A stretch of 54,266 bases of DNA from a virus (lineage: Duplodnaviria; Caudoviricetes). The notes under the pieces are model-generated. The model was not told where the DNA came from and did no database searches. It was given only the letters and a program-made list of their open reading frames with translations. Numbering within the stretch: position 1 is the stretch's first letter; every line of letters begins with the position of its first letter. The stretch is from the IMG/VR virus record IMGVR_UViG_3300010354_007082, positions 1-54,266 of that record. One strand, written 5' to 3'. This document shows, piece by piece, positions 1 to 8,913 of this stretch. A program made the position numbers and the translations under genes.

Positions 1-160
1 GTCGAAACCATGTCTGGCCCATCAGAAGTATACTGCACTAGCCAGTTGAATACAGCCGACCAGTCTTCCTTATCAGTGAAGTGCAATATACTTCTGGTGG
101 ACCAGGGGGCATCGAAGCCCCGTCCGCAATACTTTTCCATCAACTTCATACAACAATACC
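1..160 (-). ncRNA. ssrA: Circularly permuted (two-piece) tmRNA gene, truncated by window edge: acceptor piece ~160-95, intervening segment 94-21, coding piece starts at 20
   Basis: Minus strand reads ...GCGGAC-GGGGC-TTCGAT-GCCCC-CTGGTCC-ACCA (T-arm, 3' acceptor strand, CCA; ends at 95), then 74 nt, then GGGCCAG-ACATGGTTTCGAC (20-1), resembling the tmRNA 5' end GGGGCTGATTCTGGATTCGAC. GGGCCAG pairs with CTGGTCC with a G3:U70 alanine determinant and discriminator A. No anticodon arm. Tag ORF lies outside the window. Confidence 0.88.
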
Positions 161-164
161 TGTA

Positions 165-193
165 ATATTACTTTATCTTTATCCCTTTGTCAA
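165..193 (-). promoter_or_regulatory. Sigma70-type promoter for the tmRNA
   Basis: TTGACA (193-188), 17-nt spacer, TAATAT (170-165) on minus strand; predicted start ~159-161, right at the acceptor piece; embedded in the 3' end of the upstream CDS. Confidence 0.7.
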
Positions 194-740
194 TCTCAAA
201 TGGAATATTATATTTATCGGCATATTCTTTAACATACTTAGCGGCTCTAACAAATAGTCTTTTGGGCACGTCTCCTAAGTTGTGTGTAAATCTTGTGTCT
301 AATCGTAACTCAATTTTTACTATCTTATTATGTAAATTCTTAATATCACCAATTACAAATTCTTCTTGTAAAAATTCTTCTGGAGTTTTTTTAAATCTTG
401 TATGTGGACTAATCTGACTTCTATCACTTATTCCAGTATTCCATGGTATAGGTTTTTCTGATTTGTTAAACCGTTGTAGATGTACATAGTCCGCATCTAA
501 AGGAATAATCTTGTTATTTTGTGCTAACTTTTGTTGGTCAACTGTGAGTTTTACAAAGCCCCAACGCAATAACTTGTTTCTAGTGAAACTATTACCTTTT
601 ACTCTACCTATACCAGGTATATTGTGTTCCCATTGAGCAGGCATCATGTCTTTTTTAAATACATTTATAGCCTTATCCAATTCCATTCCGTGATACAAAT
701 ATCCTTCACGACCCTCTGTAATAAATTCTTTAATAAGCAT
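168..740 (-). CDS. Putative ADP-ribosyltransferase-fold protein, possibly head-packaged
   Basis: 190 aa; YLYHG...GNSFTR...QEEFV resembles the ART H/R-S-E strand motifs; N-terminal MLIKEFITE leader; start abuts upstream stop (TAAATG). Confidence 0.5.
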   Translation of the reverse strand: MLIKEFITEGREGYLYHGMELDKAINVFKKDMMPAQWEHNIPGIGRVKGNSFTRNKLLRWGFVKLTVDQQKLAQNNKIIPLDADYVHLQRFNKSEKPIPWNTGISDRSQISPHTRFKKTPEEFLQEEFVIGDIKNLHNKIVKIELRLDTRFTHNLGDVPKRLFVRAAKYVKEYADKYNIPFEIDKGIKIK

Positions 741-1094
741 TTACAAGCCCATTAATGGCTCATCGCCTAAATTTGTAATACGATTGGCAGGAATATCCTG
801 TGTTGTTGTGTACCAACCAAGATATTTTTCTAATGGAATACCTTTGATATCTACTTTTAACATTGTTAAAGGGTCTTGGGTTTCGTCTGTTTTAGCTAGC
901 ATCCAATTGTATACAATAGATAAATCATCTATTAATTTCTTTTTATCACCTGTGTCTACAACTACCCATATTCTACCTTCTTCACCTGTTAATAATCCAT
1001 CACGCATAATGCTATAAGCAGCCCATTCAGGAGTAATATGATAAGCAGTGGTATAATTATGTTCTGATTCGGTGAGGATTTCTTTGATACGCAT
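741..1094 (-). CDS. Small ART/Tpt1(KptA)-like fold protein, possibly head-packaged
   Basis: 117 aa; AYHIT...SIMRDGL...IWV...MLKVD...IPANRI pattern resembles NAD-binding Tpt1/DUF952-like domains; N-terminal MRIKEILTE leader; late promoter directly upstream. Confidence 0.45.
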   Translation of the reverse strand: MRIKEILTESEHNYTTAYHITPEWAAYSIMRDGLLTGEEGRIWVVVDTGDKKKLIDDLSIVYNWMLAKTDETQDPLTMLKVDIKGIPLEKYLGWYTTTQDIPANRITNLGDEPLMGL

Positions 1095-1098
1095 TTAG

Positions 1099-1106
1099 TA
1101 TTTATA
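1099..1106 (-). promoter_or_regulatory. T4-type late promoter TATAAATA
   Basis: Exact T4 late consensus, 4 nt upstream of ATG at 1094, no Shine-Dalgarno. Confidence 0.7.
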
Positions 1107-1134
1107 AAAAAAAGGAGTAAGCTAGGCTTACTCC
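1106..1134 (-). terminator. Rho-independent terminator after BMP lipoprotein gene
   Basis: Minus strand GGAGTAAGC-CTA-GCTTACTCC perfect 9-bp stem followed by a run of 8 T. Confidence 0.85.
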
Positions 1135-1157
1135 CAAGTACTACAAAAACTTTATTA

Positions 1158-2279
1158 TTACTTACTGCTTGGAACCTTACCCTCTACACCTTCTATAAAG
1201 AAGTTAATCTTACCCTTCCATGCATCATCACCAACTTGGTCTTTTTCTAGTACAACTTTACCTGTGTTGTCTTTGATTGGACCCACAAATACATTAAATG
1301 TTCCTGCTTTTAGACCTGATTTTACTTCTTCAACTTTTTTCTTTGCTGAATCACTAACTACATCATTAATCTTAATCAAGTCATTAGCACCCTCTTTAGT
1401 ACCCCACTTAGTATCCGCAGTTTTCCATGTATTGTTTAATACATCGTTTACTGCTTTCTCATAATATGGTCCCCAATTAACAACTGCTGATCCCAAATGT
1501 GCCTTAGGAGCAAACGCACTCATATCACTATCCCAACCAAAAGCATACTTACCATTCTTTTCAGCGGTTTGTAATACTGCTGTACTATCTGTATTCTGTA
1601 ACAGTACATCTGCCTTTTGATTAATCAATGCTTGTGCTGCTTCACTTTCTTTTGGTGGATCGAACCAAGTATTAACCCATACAACTTTTGTAGTTACTTT
1701 AGGATTTACACTGCGCGCTCCTAAGGTGAATGCGTTAATATTACGCAATACTTCAGGGATAGGGAAACTACCTACAAAACCAATTGTATTTGTTTTAGTC
1801 ATAGTACCAGCTACAATACCTGCCAAGTAAGCATCTTCATAAAACTTTGCTTCATAGACACGTAAGTTTTCACTTGTTTTATAACCAGTAGCATGTTCAA
1901 ACTTAACATCAGGATGATCCTTAGCTACTTTTTCCATAGCATCACCAAAACCAAATGATGTAGCAAAAATCAATTTATGACCTTGTGACACTAGGTCACG
2001 GATAACACGTTCTGCGTCAGCTCCTTCAGGTACTTTTTCTACAAAAGTAGTTTTGATTTTATCACCAAATTTACTTTCAATATGTTTACGACCATTATCA
2101 TGGGCAAATGTCCAACCAGCATCTCCAACTGGCCCAACATAAATAAATCCAACTTTTAACTGCTCTGCTGCTTTTGCTGGTTCAACAGGTTTATCTTCTT
2201 TCTTACTACAGCCTGCCAATCCTAATACAGTAAATCCAGCCATTACTATACGCAATAAATTCCTTTTATTAAATGTCAT
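1158..2279 (-). CDS. BMP/PnrA-family ABC transporter substrate-binding lipoprotein (nucleoside/purine-binding type)
   Basis: Signal peptide with lipobox LAGC; KVGFIYVGPVGDAGWTFAHDNGR, LIFATSFGF, GFVGSFPIPEV, WFDP motifs; RBS AGAGGA. Confidence 0.92.
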   Translation of the reverse strand: MTFNKRNLLRIVMAGFTVLGLAGCSKKEDKPVEPAKAAEQLKVGFIYVGPVGDAGWTFAHDNGRKHIESKFGDKIKTTFVEKVPEGADAERVIRDLVSQGHKLIFATSFGFGDAMEKVAKDHPDVKFEHATGYKTSENLRVYEAKFYEDAYLAGIVAGTMTKTNTIGFVGSFPIPEVLRNINAFTLGARSVNPKVTTKVVWVNTWFDPPKESEAAQALINQKADVLLQNTDSTAVLQTAEKNGKYAFGWDSDMSAFAPKAHLGSAVVNWGPYYEKAVNDVLNNTWKTADTKWGTKEGANDLIKINDVVSDSAKKKVEEVKSGLKAGTFNVFVGPIKDNTGKVVLEKDQVGDDAWKGKINFFIEGVEGKVPSSK

Positions 2280-2300
2280 AATTTGTTCCTCTAGAGTTAA

Positions 2301-5300
2301 TTATTTAATGTTACCGTATTTGTTATAAAAATATTGTTTACACCATGGCCAATCATAGCTGAGTTTAAGTTTATCGATATCACCATTTACATTATTATAG
2401 TATTCTACTCCATCATTAGCACCTTTAGTACTATATTCAGCAAAGTTACCCTCGGCTTTTTCACACCAAATATCCAATCTTAACTTATCAACAGGCAATT
2501 CACTAGCACTAAGTTTTATAGTTTCACGAAACGATGTACGCCATGTACTGAATTCGTCAGTGTTAAACATAGCTATACCTGAATTAATTCTACAAACTTC
2601 ATGCTCACTATCAAGGGTAAAATCTAATCCTACACCCGAGTTACCTAACACTAATTTTTTATTATAAGCAATCATTGCTTGATGACCATATACTAACCCA
2701 TTAACTGGATTCAATGCGTGAAATATATAATGTTTAGGCTTTTGTAATCTATCAGGTTGCCAACTAAAATCAAACTTTGGATTAATCTTTAATTTAGCAA
2801 ATACTGTAAACATCCATGGAGTATTACTAGCAATAGCAGCAGCATGGTATGATTTAACTCTACCATTTACACCGTCAACTCTTATTACTCTATTATCTAA
2901 ATGTTTAGTATGTTCTATCAAATATTCATAATGCTCGTCAGCTAGTTTTTCGCCATTACTTAAAAATACAATGTCTAATGGTCTGCTACCTACACAAGTC
3001 TTACTTGTTATAATATATGGGTAATCATATAGTTCATCCTTGACATAACTTACTACATCATATGGGATAATACAATTACTTGCCCCAATACTATTAATAA
3101 TAATATTTCTGTCCTGAACTGTCCAAAAACTCATTGGTTCATCTATTTTTACTTTTGTGTCGGCATTATCTATCGTTACAAAATTAATGTATGGAAAGTT
3201 AAATTCACTATTAACAGAATCTACCATTGTATCACTATCAAGCGTAACTATAGGACATTCTACTCTACGTGTTCTAAAGGTTTCGTTAAAATTAATTTTA
3301 TCAAATTTTGATAAATCATCCAAGTCTTTTAACAAATTTAAATTAACAAATATCGTATCGCCATATTTTTGTTTATCACATGGAAATGTATGTAATTGGT
3401 CTATTGCGAATGGATCCACGACATAGGTAAAATCAAAATCAGTATAATCACTCAGTGTACTTACTATCCATACAAAATTATCTGTTTTTGTTTCTTCAAT
3501 AAGTGGTAACAATGTTTGATATAAGTCAACACAATAACGTAGTGTATGTTTTACTTTATTACTTGTTTTATTATTAATATTATCAAAAAAAGCATTTATA
3601 TTTGTATTGCCAAAATCAATAACAATAACATCATATAGACAATTTGTAATAGCTGCCCTACGTGTTTTTACATGATTAATATTAGGCAGATGCTCAATAA
3701 TTTTTATATATTTGGTATCTTCTTCAAACTTTTCACAGTTAACTAGATATGTTGTGCCCCAGTGATTCCATTGTGTACCAAATACATTTACCATACTCAT
3801 TTGCCATGGATTAGGATAATAATTAAAGTCAAAATTAGTATAATCTAATTCGCTATTCAATATCCAACACAATTCTGTTTGTGACTTTTTGGTACATCTA
3901 ACAATAGTATCTACCCAAGTATTTAAAAACCGTGTGCGTTGTATGTTTGGATACAATTCTTTAAGTTTGCTAAAACGTTCTGAACTTTCCTTATTCCCAC
4001 GATCAACAAAAAACATATCAGGTTTTTTGAACGATTGTACTAGAAATTCTTCAGTAATTTGTGTATCATGTTCAACAAAATTAATTAACTTATGGCCTTT
4101 AGCAATCATCTTGCCGTTAACAAGATATGTACATGTTAATTCGCTTTCTGGACTACCAAACGCATTGATATGATAACTGTTATCTTTGTTAGGTCTCCAA
4201 CTAAAATCAAAGTTATCGTAATTTAAATTGCTACGACATGCCCAAAATAACTCATTCTTATGTTTTTCAATAAGTTCATCTAATGAGTTATCAATGTAAT
4301 ATCTAGGAATATCAGTTGGATTAATTTCCTTGCGTAGTATTTTAATAACAGTTCCATCATTACCGGGCGTTATATATCTTGGTCCATCATTCTCATCAGT
4401 TGTAGTACCAAATTGATATATGTATGGTGGACTAGTTCCATCAGGATGCCAACTAAAATCAAAATTGTCTACACGAATATTTTCAGGAATTTCCCAGTGC
4501 TCATTACTTGGTAATACTTCTGCTATAATATCTTCGACATATTTTATTACAGTAGCATCTTTGACAACATACCTTGGCCCATGTGTTTTAGCCCATTGTG
4601 TTCCAAATTGGTATATGTAAGGATCATCATTTGGGTTTGGTATCCAGCTGTAATCAAATTTTTTGACTAAACGTGTGTTTTCAAAATGTTCAGGTCTTTG
4701 CTTTATTGTAGCTATAACATCATGAACATACTTTATTGTTGTGCCTTTTTTATTAACATATTTTACAGTAGGCATAACTTCAGGACCATACCATTGATTT
4801 CCAAACACATACGTCATTGGTGGGTCATATGGATCGGGTACCCAACTATAATCAAATTCTATATCAGTAATTAATTTTTCAAATAAATCGGGTTTATGTT
4901 TAAGTTTTACTGTTATATCATTTATGTATTTTTTATCAGTTGCTCCCTCGACAACATACTGTAATGTGGGCATTTTTTCAGCACTATATTGTGTATTTCC
5001 AAACACATAGATAAATTTTGGTTCCCATGGATCAGGTCTCCAGCTAAAATCAAAACTATCTTCATCAACATCATGTAATAAAAACCAACGATCCCATTCA
5101 GGTTTAACTGGAACATCATCAGTCATGTATTTACGTTGACTACTACCAGGCACATGGTATTCTAGTGTGGGGGTTATAGCACCTGGTATGTATTTATTAC
5201 CCCATGTATATATAAAAGCAGGTTCACGTGGATCAGGTCTCCAAGACAAATCAAAGTTTTCATTATCAACTTGCTGAACCTGTACCATGTATTTGCTCGG

Positions 5301-5816
5301 CAATAATTCAACAATATTATCCATGTACTTTACTTGAGTTGCCCCTGGAACTACATATTCTAATACATGTTGTAATTCATTTGGATAATATTTACAGCCC
5401 CAACGATAGATAAAACTTGGTTCGGTAGGATCAGGATGCCAACTGAAATCAAATTTATTTGTGTCAACATCTTCATAAAACTTCCAGTTACTTGTAATAC
5501 TTACAATGCGGTATACAGGTGTTACATCATTTCTATAAATTTTATATTGTTCATTGGTATTATTTGAAACAAGCCAAGTTCCACTATCTTTTTGATGTTG
5601 ACTAGGCCATATGTTAATATGGTTAATTGCCCACATATCTTCGTCACGTAAACTATCAAAATTAAAATCAAAATCAAAATTAGAATAGTCACAAAACTCG
5701 TTTATTATCCAAAAGTGTTCCGTAGTGGCTAGGCTTTTCGCATGTTCAAAGTCACTAGCCTTACGTTCAGTTGGGTAAACATTAGGTTTTGCCCCGTAAT
5801 AAAATACATCTCTCAT
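2301..5816 (-). CDS. 1171-aa repeat protein built of degenerate glycosyltransferase-like units
   Basis: C-terminal LDIVFLSNGE...RVDGVNGRVKSYHAAA...WRTSFRE domain is visibly paralogous to 16137..17093; six FDFSWxPDP repeats and several longer degenerate units upstream. Confidence 0.7.
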   Translation of the reverse strand: MRDVFYYGAKPNVYPTERKASDFEHAKSLATTEHFWIINEFCDYSNFDFDFNFDSLRDEDMWAINHINIWPSQHQKDSGTWLVSNNTNEQYKIYRNDVTPVYRIVSITSNWKFYEDVDTNKFDFSWHPDPTEPSFIYRWGCKYYPNELQHVLEYVVPGATQVKYMDNIVELLPSKYMVQVQQVDNENFDLSWRPDPREPAFIYTWGNKYIPGAITPTLEYHVPGSSQRKYMTDDVPVKPEWDRWFLLHDVDEDSFDFSWRPDPWEPKFIYVFGNTQYSAEKMPTLQYVVEGATDKKYINDITVKLKHKPDLFEKLITDIEFDYSWVPDPYDPPMTYVFGNQWYGPEVMPTVKYVNKKGTTIKYVHDVIATIKQRPEHFENTRLVKKFDYSWIPNPNDDPYIYQFGTQWAKTHGPRYVVKDATVIKYVEDIIAEVLPSNEHWEIPENIRVDNFDFSWHPDGTSPPYIYQFGTTTDENDGPRYITPGNDGTVIKILRKEINPTDIPRYYIDNSLDELIEKHKNELFWACRSNLNYDNFDFSWRPNKDNSYHINAFGSPESELTCTYLVNGKMIAKGHKLINFVEHDTQITEEFLVQSFKKPDMFFVDRGNKESSERFSKLKELYPNIQRTRFLNTWVDTIVRCTKKSQTELCWILNSELDYTNFDFNYYPNPWQMSMVNVFGTQWNHWGTTYLVNCEKFEEDTKYIKIIEHLPNINHVKTRRAAITNCLYDVIVIDFGNTNINAFFDNINNKTSNKVKHTLRYCVDLYQTLLPLIEETKTDNFVWIVSTLSDYTDFDFTYVVDPFAIDQLHTFPCDKQKYGDTIFVNLNLLKDLDDLSKFDKINFNETFRTRRVECPIVTLDSDTMVDSVNSEFNFPYINFVTIDNADTKVKIDEPMSFWTVQDRNIIINSIGASNCIIPYDVVSYVKDELYDYPYIITSKTCVGSRPLDIVFLSNGEKLADEHYEYLIEHTKHLDNRVIRVDGVNGRVKSYHAAAIASNTPWMFTVFAKLKINPKFDFSWQPDRLQKPKHYIFHALNPVNGLVYGHQAMIAYNKKLVLGNSGVGLDFTLDSEHEVCRINSGIAMFNTDEFSTWRTSFRETIKLSASELPVDKLRLDIWCEKAEGNFAEYSTKGANDGVEYYNNVNGDIDKLKLSYDWPWCKQYFYNKYGNIK
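4340..5490 (-). repeat. Six tandem ~62-68 aa coding repeats FD(F/Y/L)SWxP(D/N)PxxPx(F/Y)IYx(W/F)G...Y..GAT..KY
   Basis: Copies: FDFSWHPDPTEP, FDLSWRPDPREP, FDFSWRPDPWEP, FDYSWVPDPYDP, FDYSWIPNPNDD, FDFSWHPDGTSP. Boundaries approximate. Confidence 0.85.
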
Positions 5817-5840
5817 AATTATATAGGCAGTTATAAAATT

Positions 5841-7331
5841 TTAATTTTCATACCCTGTTAGAACTTTAGTTTTATAAAAACTTTCAAATCTTTTCGCATC
5901 TTCAACATCATTAACCATTGGTTCCCCTCTTATGTTAAGTGATGTGTTTAATAACATAGGGCAATTTGTTTTTTCATACCATGCTTCAAGTAGTTTTCTA
6001 ATATTAGAATTATCTTTGGGCACAGTTTGAACACGACTTGTTCCATCGTAATGTGTAATGGCAGGAAATTTTTCAGGATAGGAACATTTTGCTATGACCT
6101 GCATATATCTACTATTAGTCCAATTTTTAGGCATAACAAAATATTCATTAACAAATTCTTCAAGAATCACAGGAGCAAAAGGTCTGAATTTTTGCCTACG
6201 TTTTATTTCATTTACTTTATCTTTTATTTCATTACCTCTAGGATCAGCAAGTAAACTACGATTACCTAAGGCCCTTGGACCAAACTCAGCACGTCCGTTA
6301 GCTACTCCTACAATTTTATTAGTTTCTAATTCATTAATAATTTTATTAATAGGATATGCTGCTACAATGTCTTTTCCAAGAAAAGCATTTTGCCAATTTA
6401 ATCTTTTTCCATAACCCAAAGCACAAGCCCCTAAACTAGAACCAGCATCTCCTGGATTTGGCATAATCCAAATATCATTAAAATATTTACCCAACAGTCT
6501 GTTAGCCAAACAATTTAAAGCAACTCCGCCCATATAAACAAGGTTAGAACTTTTACCAATAATATTGGCTTTTGAAATTATTTTTTCTATACATATTTCT
6601 GTTAACAATTGAGCACTTGATGCTATATCCATTTCATTAGCATCTTGTAAAAATTCTCGCTCGATACCTGCGTGTAAATTTTCCTTAAAATCTAATGTAT
6701 CTTCATCTAAAAATCTATTAATCATAGCATTAGTATGTATAGGATTACCATATGCTACCATACCCATTAAAATATATTCTTCATCTAATGGTTTTAACCC
6801 TACATGTTTTGTCATAGCACTATAAAATAATCCAATACTATTTGGATATTTTTTACTATATAATTTTTTATATTTGGCATATCCATTATTATCGTAGCTA
6901 GCGTCCCATATAGTTATTGTATCAAATTCTCCAATAGCATCAATTACTACAATAGTTGCGTCACTAAAATTACTTGTTTGAAAACCGGCGGCAGCGTGGC
7001 TTAAATGATGATTATGTGTGCGTATTTTATCAGTACCAATTAAATTAATAATTTCGTTACCAATCCGTTGTTTGGTACTACTAAAATCAATAGATTGACC
7101 TGCTCTAATTTGTCTTAATTGAGTTAACAATGGACGCTCATAATAATCAATAACTTTAATTTTATCAGTTTTGTAGTTTAGAGCGTCTAGCAAAATATCA
7201 ACATTAAGTTCTTTATCATGTTTTAATTTACTATATCGCTCAGTATGACCTGCGAACAATATATTTCCTTGGTTGTCAACCAACGATATACTAGCATCAT
7301 GAAAGTTATTACTAATACCTAAATAGTTCAT
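5841..7331 (-). CDS. O-carbamoyltransferase, NodU/CmcH/TobZ family
   Basis: FHDAS, ERYS, HHLSHAA, DAIGE, GGVALNC, GDAG, EFGPRALGNRS, RPFAP, LNTSLN motifs. Confidence 0.95.
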   Translation of the reverse strand: MNYLGISNNFHDASISLVDNQGNILFAGHTERYSKLKHDKELNVDILLDALNYKTDKIKVIDYYERPLLTQLRQIRAGQSIDFSSTKQRIGNEIINLIGTDKIRTHNHHLSHAAAGFQTSNFSDATIVVIDAIGEFDTITIWDASYDNNGYAKYKKLYSKKYPNSIGLFYSAMTKHVGLKPLDEEYILMGMVAYGNPIHTNAMINRFLDEDTLDFKENLHAGIEREFLQDANEMDIASSAQLLTEICIEKIISKANIIGKSSNLVYMGGVALNCLANRLLGKYFNDIWIMPNPGDAGSSLGACALGYGKRLNWQNAFLGKDIVAAYPINKIINELETNKIVGVANGRAEFGPRALGNRSLLADPRGNEIKDKVNEIKRRQKFRPFAPVILEEFVNEYFVMPKNWTNSRYMQVIAKCSYPEKFPAITHYDGTSRVQTVPKDNSNIRKLLEAWYEKTNCPMLLNTSLNIRGEPMVNDVEDAKRFESFYKTKVLTGYEN

Positions 7332-7441
7332 TTGTAAATATATGGGTCTTGTTCTTTCATTTTCTTAAGGCGTTGTCTAAACTTATACTCACGTATAATT
7401 TTTCCTATTGTAAAATGATATAATCTTCTAAACAAATTCAT
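7328..7441 (-). CDS. Small basic peptide (37 aa) coupled to carbamoyltransferase; not in ORF track
   Basis: MNLFRRLYHFTIGKIIREYKFRQRLKKMKEQDPYIYK; fills the gap exactly, ATGA overlap with the 7331 start, and overlaps the upstream gene end. Confidence 0.7.
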   Translation of the reverse strand: MNLFRRLYHFTIGKIIREYKFRQRLKKMKEQDPYIYK

Positions 7442-8450
7442 GGTTCATAGCCCCTAACCTATATTGATCCAGTTCTAAAATTAATATTTCACGCATGGTT
7501 TTTGTAAGTTGCTCGTTGTCAATCGCTCTATGAAGTTGAATACCCAATTTTGAATTAAAGAAATAATGTGCGCTTACTAAAAACTTAGTTTCGTCATCTA
7601 TAACTTCACTCGTAATCCACTTGTTATAATATTTTTGCGACAATACAAAATTAACAAAAAGATCATAATACTCTTTAGCTTGAGTTGAGCATTCACGTAA
7701 TGCTTTTGTATGTATCATACCTAACTGTGGAGCGATATTAAAACAATCTACTCCTGCGTCTAACCTTAAATTAACTTCTCTCGCATGTAGGTAATCAGCA
7801 TTATGTTCTTTAAATAAAAGATTGTTATTGTGTACTAATTCAGTAATTTTTGTTGTAGTATAATTATCAAAATTTCCCACTTGCTTGTGTTTGGTAAGAC
7901 TTCCCGTTTTGGCAACGAAATATTTAAGATTTGGTTTATATTGGTTTAAAAATGACATTTGGTTGTGGTAATAAGAAAAATCACCATTCGTATTACCGTT
8001 GTTATCCTCACTCCCGTATTCAAACATAACATTAGGATTATGTCTCAGGGCAAAGTTAAACAATCGTTCAGCAACTTGTATTTGCTCATTTTGTTCTACT
8101 CTGCTAACATCAATATGTAATAAATCAAAACCATTGTAAGTATCTGTTTGAATTGTGCCAAAACAACGATTTAGTGCTTGTTCTAAATCTAAACCAACAT
8201 CTTTATCACTAAAGTATGGACCACAATGGTCACGGCAAATTAACACATTTTCTTTTACATAATTTTTGTTATTTTTAATAAATTTTACAAGATTTGGTGT
8301 GCTAAAGGCATAACCACCATCATAATCAACTTGATTTCTGCTTGAAATAATTAATAAAGGAAAATCATTCTTAAAACTATATTCTAAACATAAATCTGTA
8401 ACTATAGGACTCATAGGTCCAACACCTAATTTAAATTTTTTCAAGTCCAT
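7428..8450 (-). CDS. GatZ/KbaZ-like (tagatose-6-phosphate epimerase-type) TIM-barrel protein
   Basis: SRNQVD..GGY, CRDHCGP, LHID, EYGSE, KEHNADYL, NIAPQLG match GatZ-family motifs. Confidence 0.75.
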   Translation of the reverse strand: MDLKKFKLGVGPMSPIVTDLCLEYSFKNDFPLLIISSRNQVDYDGGYAFSTPNLVKFIKNNKNYVKENVLICRDHCGPYFSDKDVGLDLEQALNRCFGTIQTDTYNGFDLLHIDVSRVEQNEQIQVAERLFNFALRHNPNVMFEYGSEDNNGNTNGDFSYYHNQMSFLNQYKPNLKYFVAKTGSLTKHKQVGNFDNYTTTKITELVHNNNLLFKEHNADYLHAREVNLRLDAGVDCFNIAPQLGMIHTKALRECSTQAKEYYDLFVNFVLSQKYYNKWITSEVIDDETKFLVSAHYFFNSKLGIQLHRAIDNEQLTKTMREILILELDQYRLGAMNHEFV

Positions 8451-8913
8451 TAATTACCCTTTCCAAATAGATACACGCATCTAATACTGCCCCACTGCCC
8501 GCATCACTTGGTGTAACATATTTAGCAGCTTTTTTTGCTTCTATTCTAGCAGTGTTAGGAGCTATACCAACCTTTACCTTTGATAATATGGGAGCGTCAT
8601 TATACCCATCTGCTATAAAAGCTGTAGTTTCTAAATCACAGTTATCGTAGAACCACTGTAATCTTTCTTCTTCACGCACTAAAATTAATTGATCTGGTCT
8701 ATATTTCCAATCTCTTACAATTCTACAATACGTAATATCCCATCCAGTCTCGTCGGCAGTTATAAACGTAATATCTTTAAGATATTTGGTAATTATTTTA
8801 AAACCATCTTTGTCATGTGGCCCAAAAACTTTAAAGGTTTTTCCATACTTGTTATATAAAATATGTCCAGTATTTAAAACTCCATCAACATCTAACACTA
8901 ATTTTTTAATCAT
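8431..8913 (-). CDS. KdsC/YrbI-like HAD phosphatase
   Basis: LVLDVDGVL motif I, KVFGPHDKDG, FIADGYND, G.GAV C-terminal motif. Confidence 0.85.
   Translation of the reverse strand: MIKKLVLDVDGVLNTGHILYNKYGKTFKVFGPHDKDGFKIITKYLKDITFITADETGWDITYCRIVRDWKYRPDQLILVREEERLQWFYDNCDLETTAFIADGYNDAPILSKVKVGIAPNTARIEAKKAAKYVTPSDAGSGAVLDACIYLERVINGLEKI

Noticed and set aside
95-130. Stand-alone tRNA-Ala or attP-like tRNA fragment
   Set aside because: No D or anticodon arm upstream; the matching 5' acceptor strand lies downstream, which fits a permuted tmRNA; no integrase nearby.
4340-5490. CRISPR array
   Set aside because: Repeats are conserved at protein level, degenerate in DNA, in frame, ~195 nt period; no cas genes.
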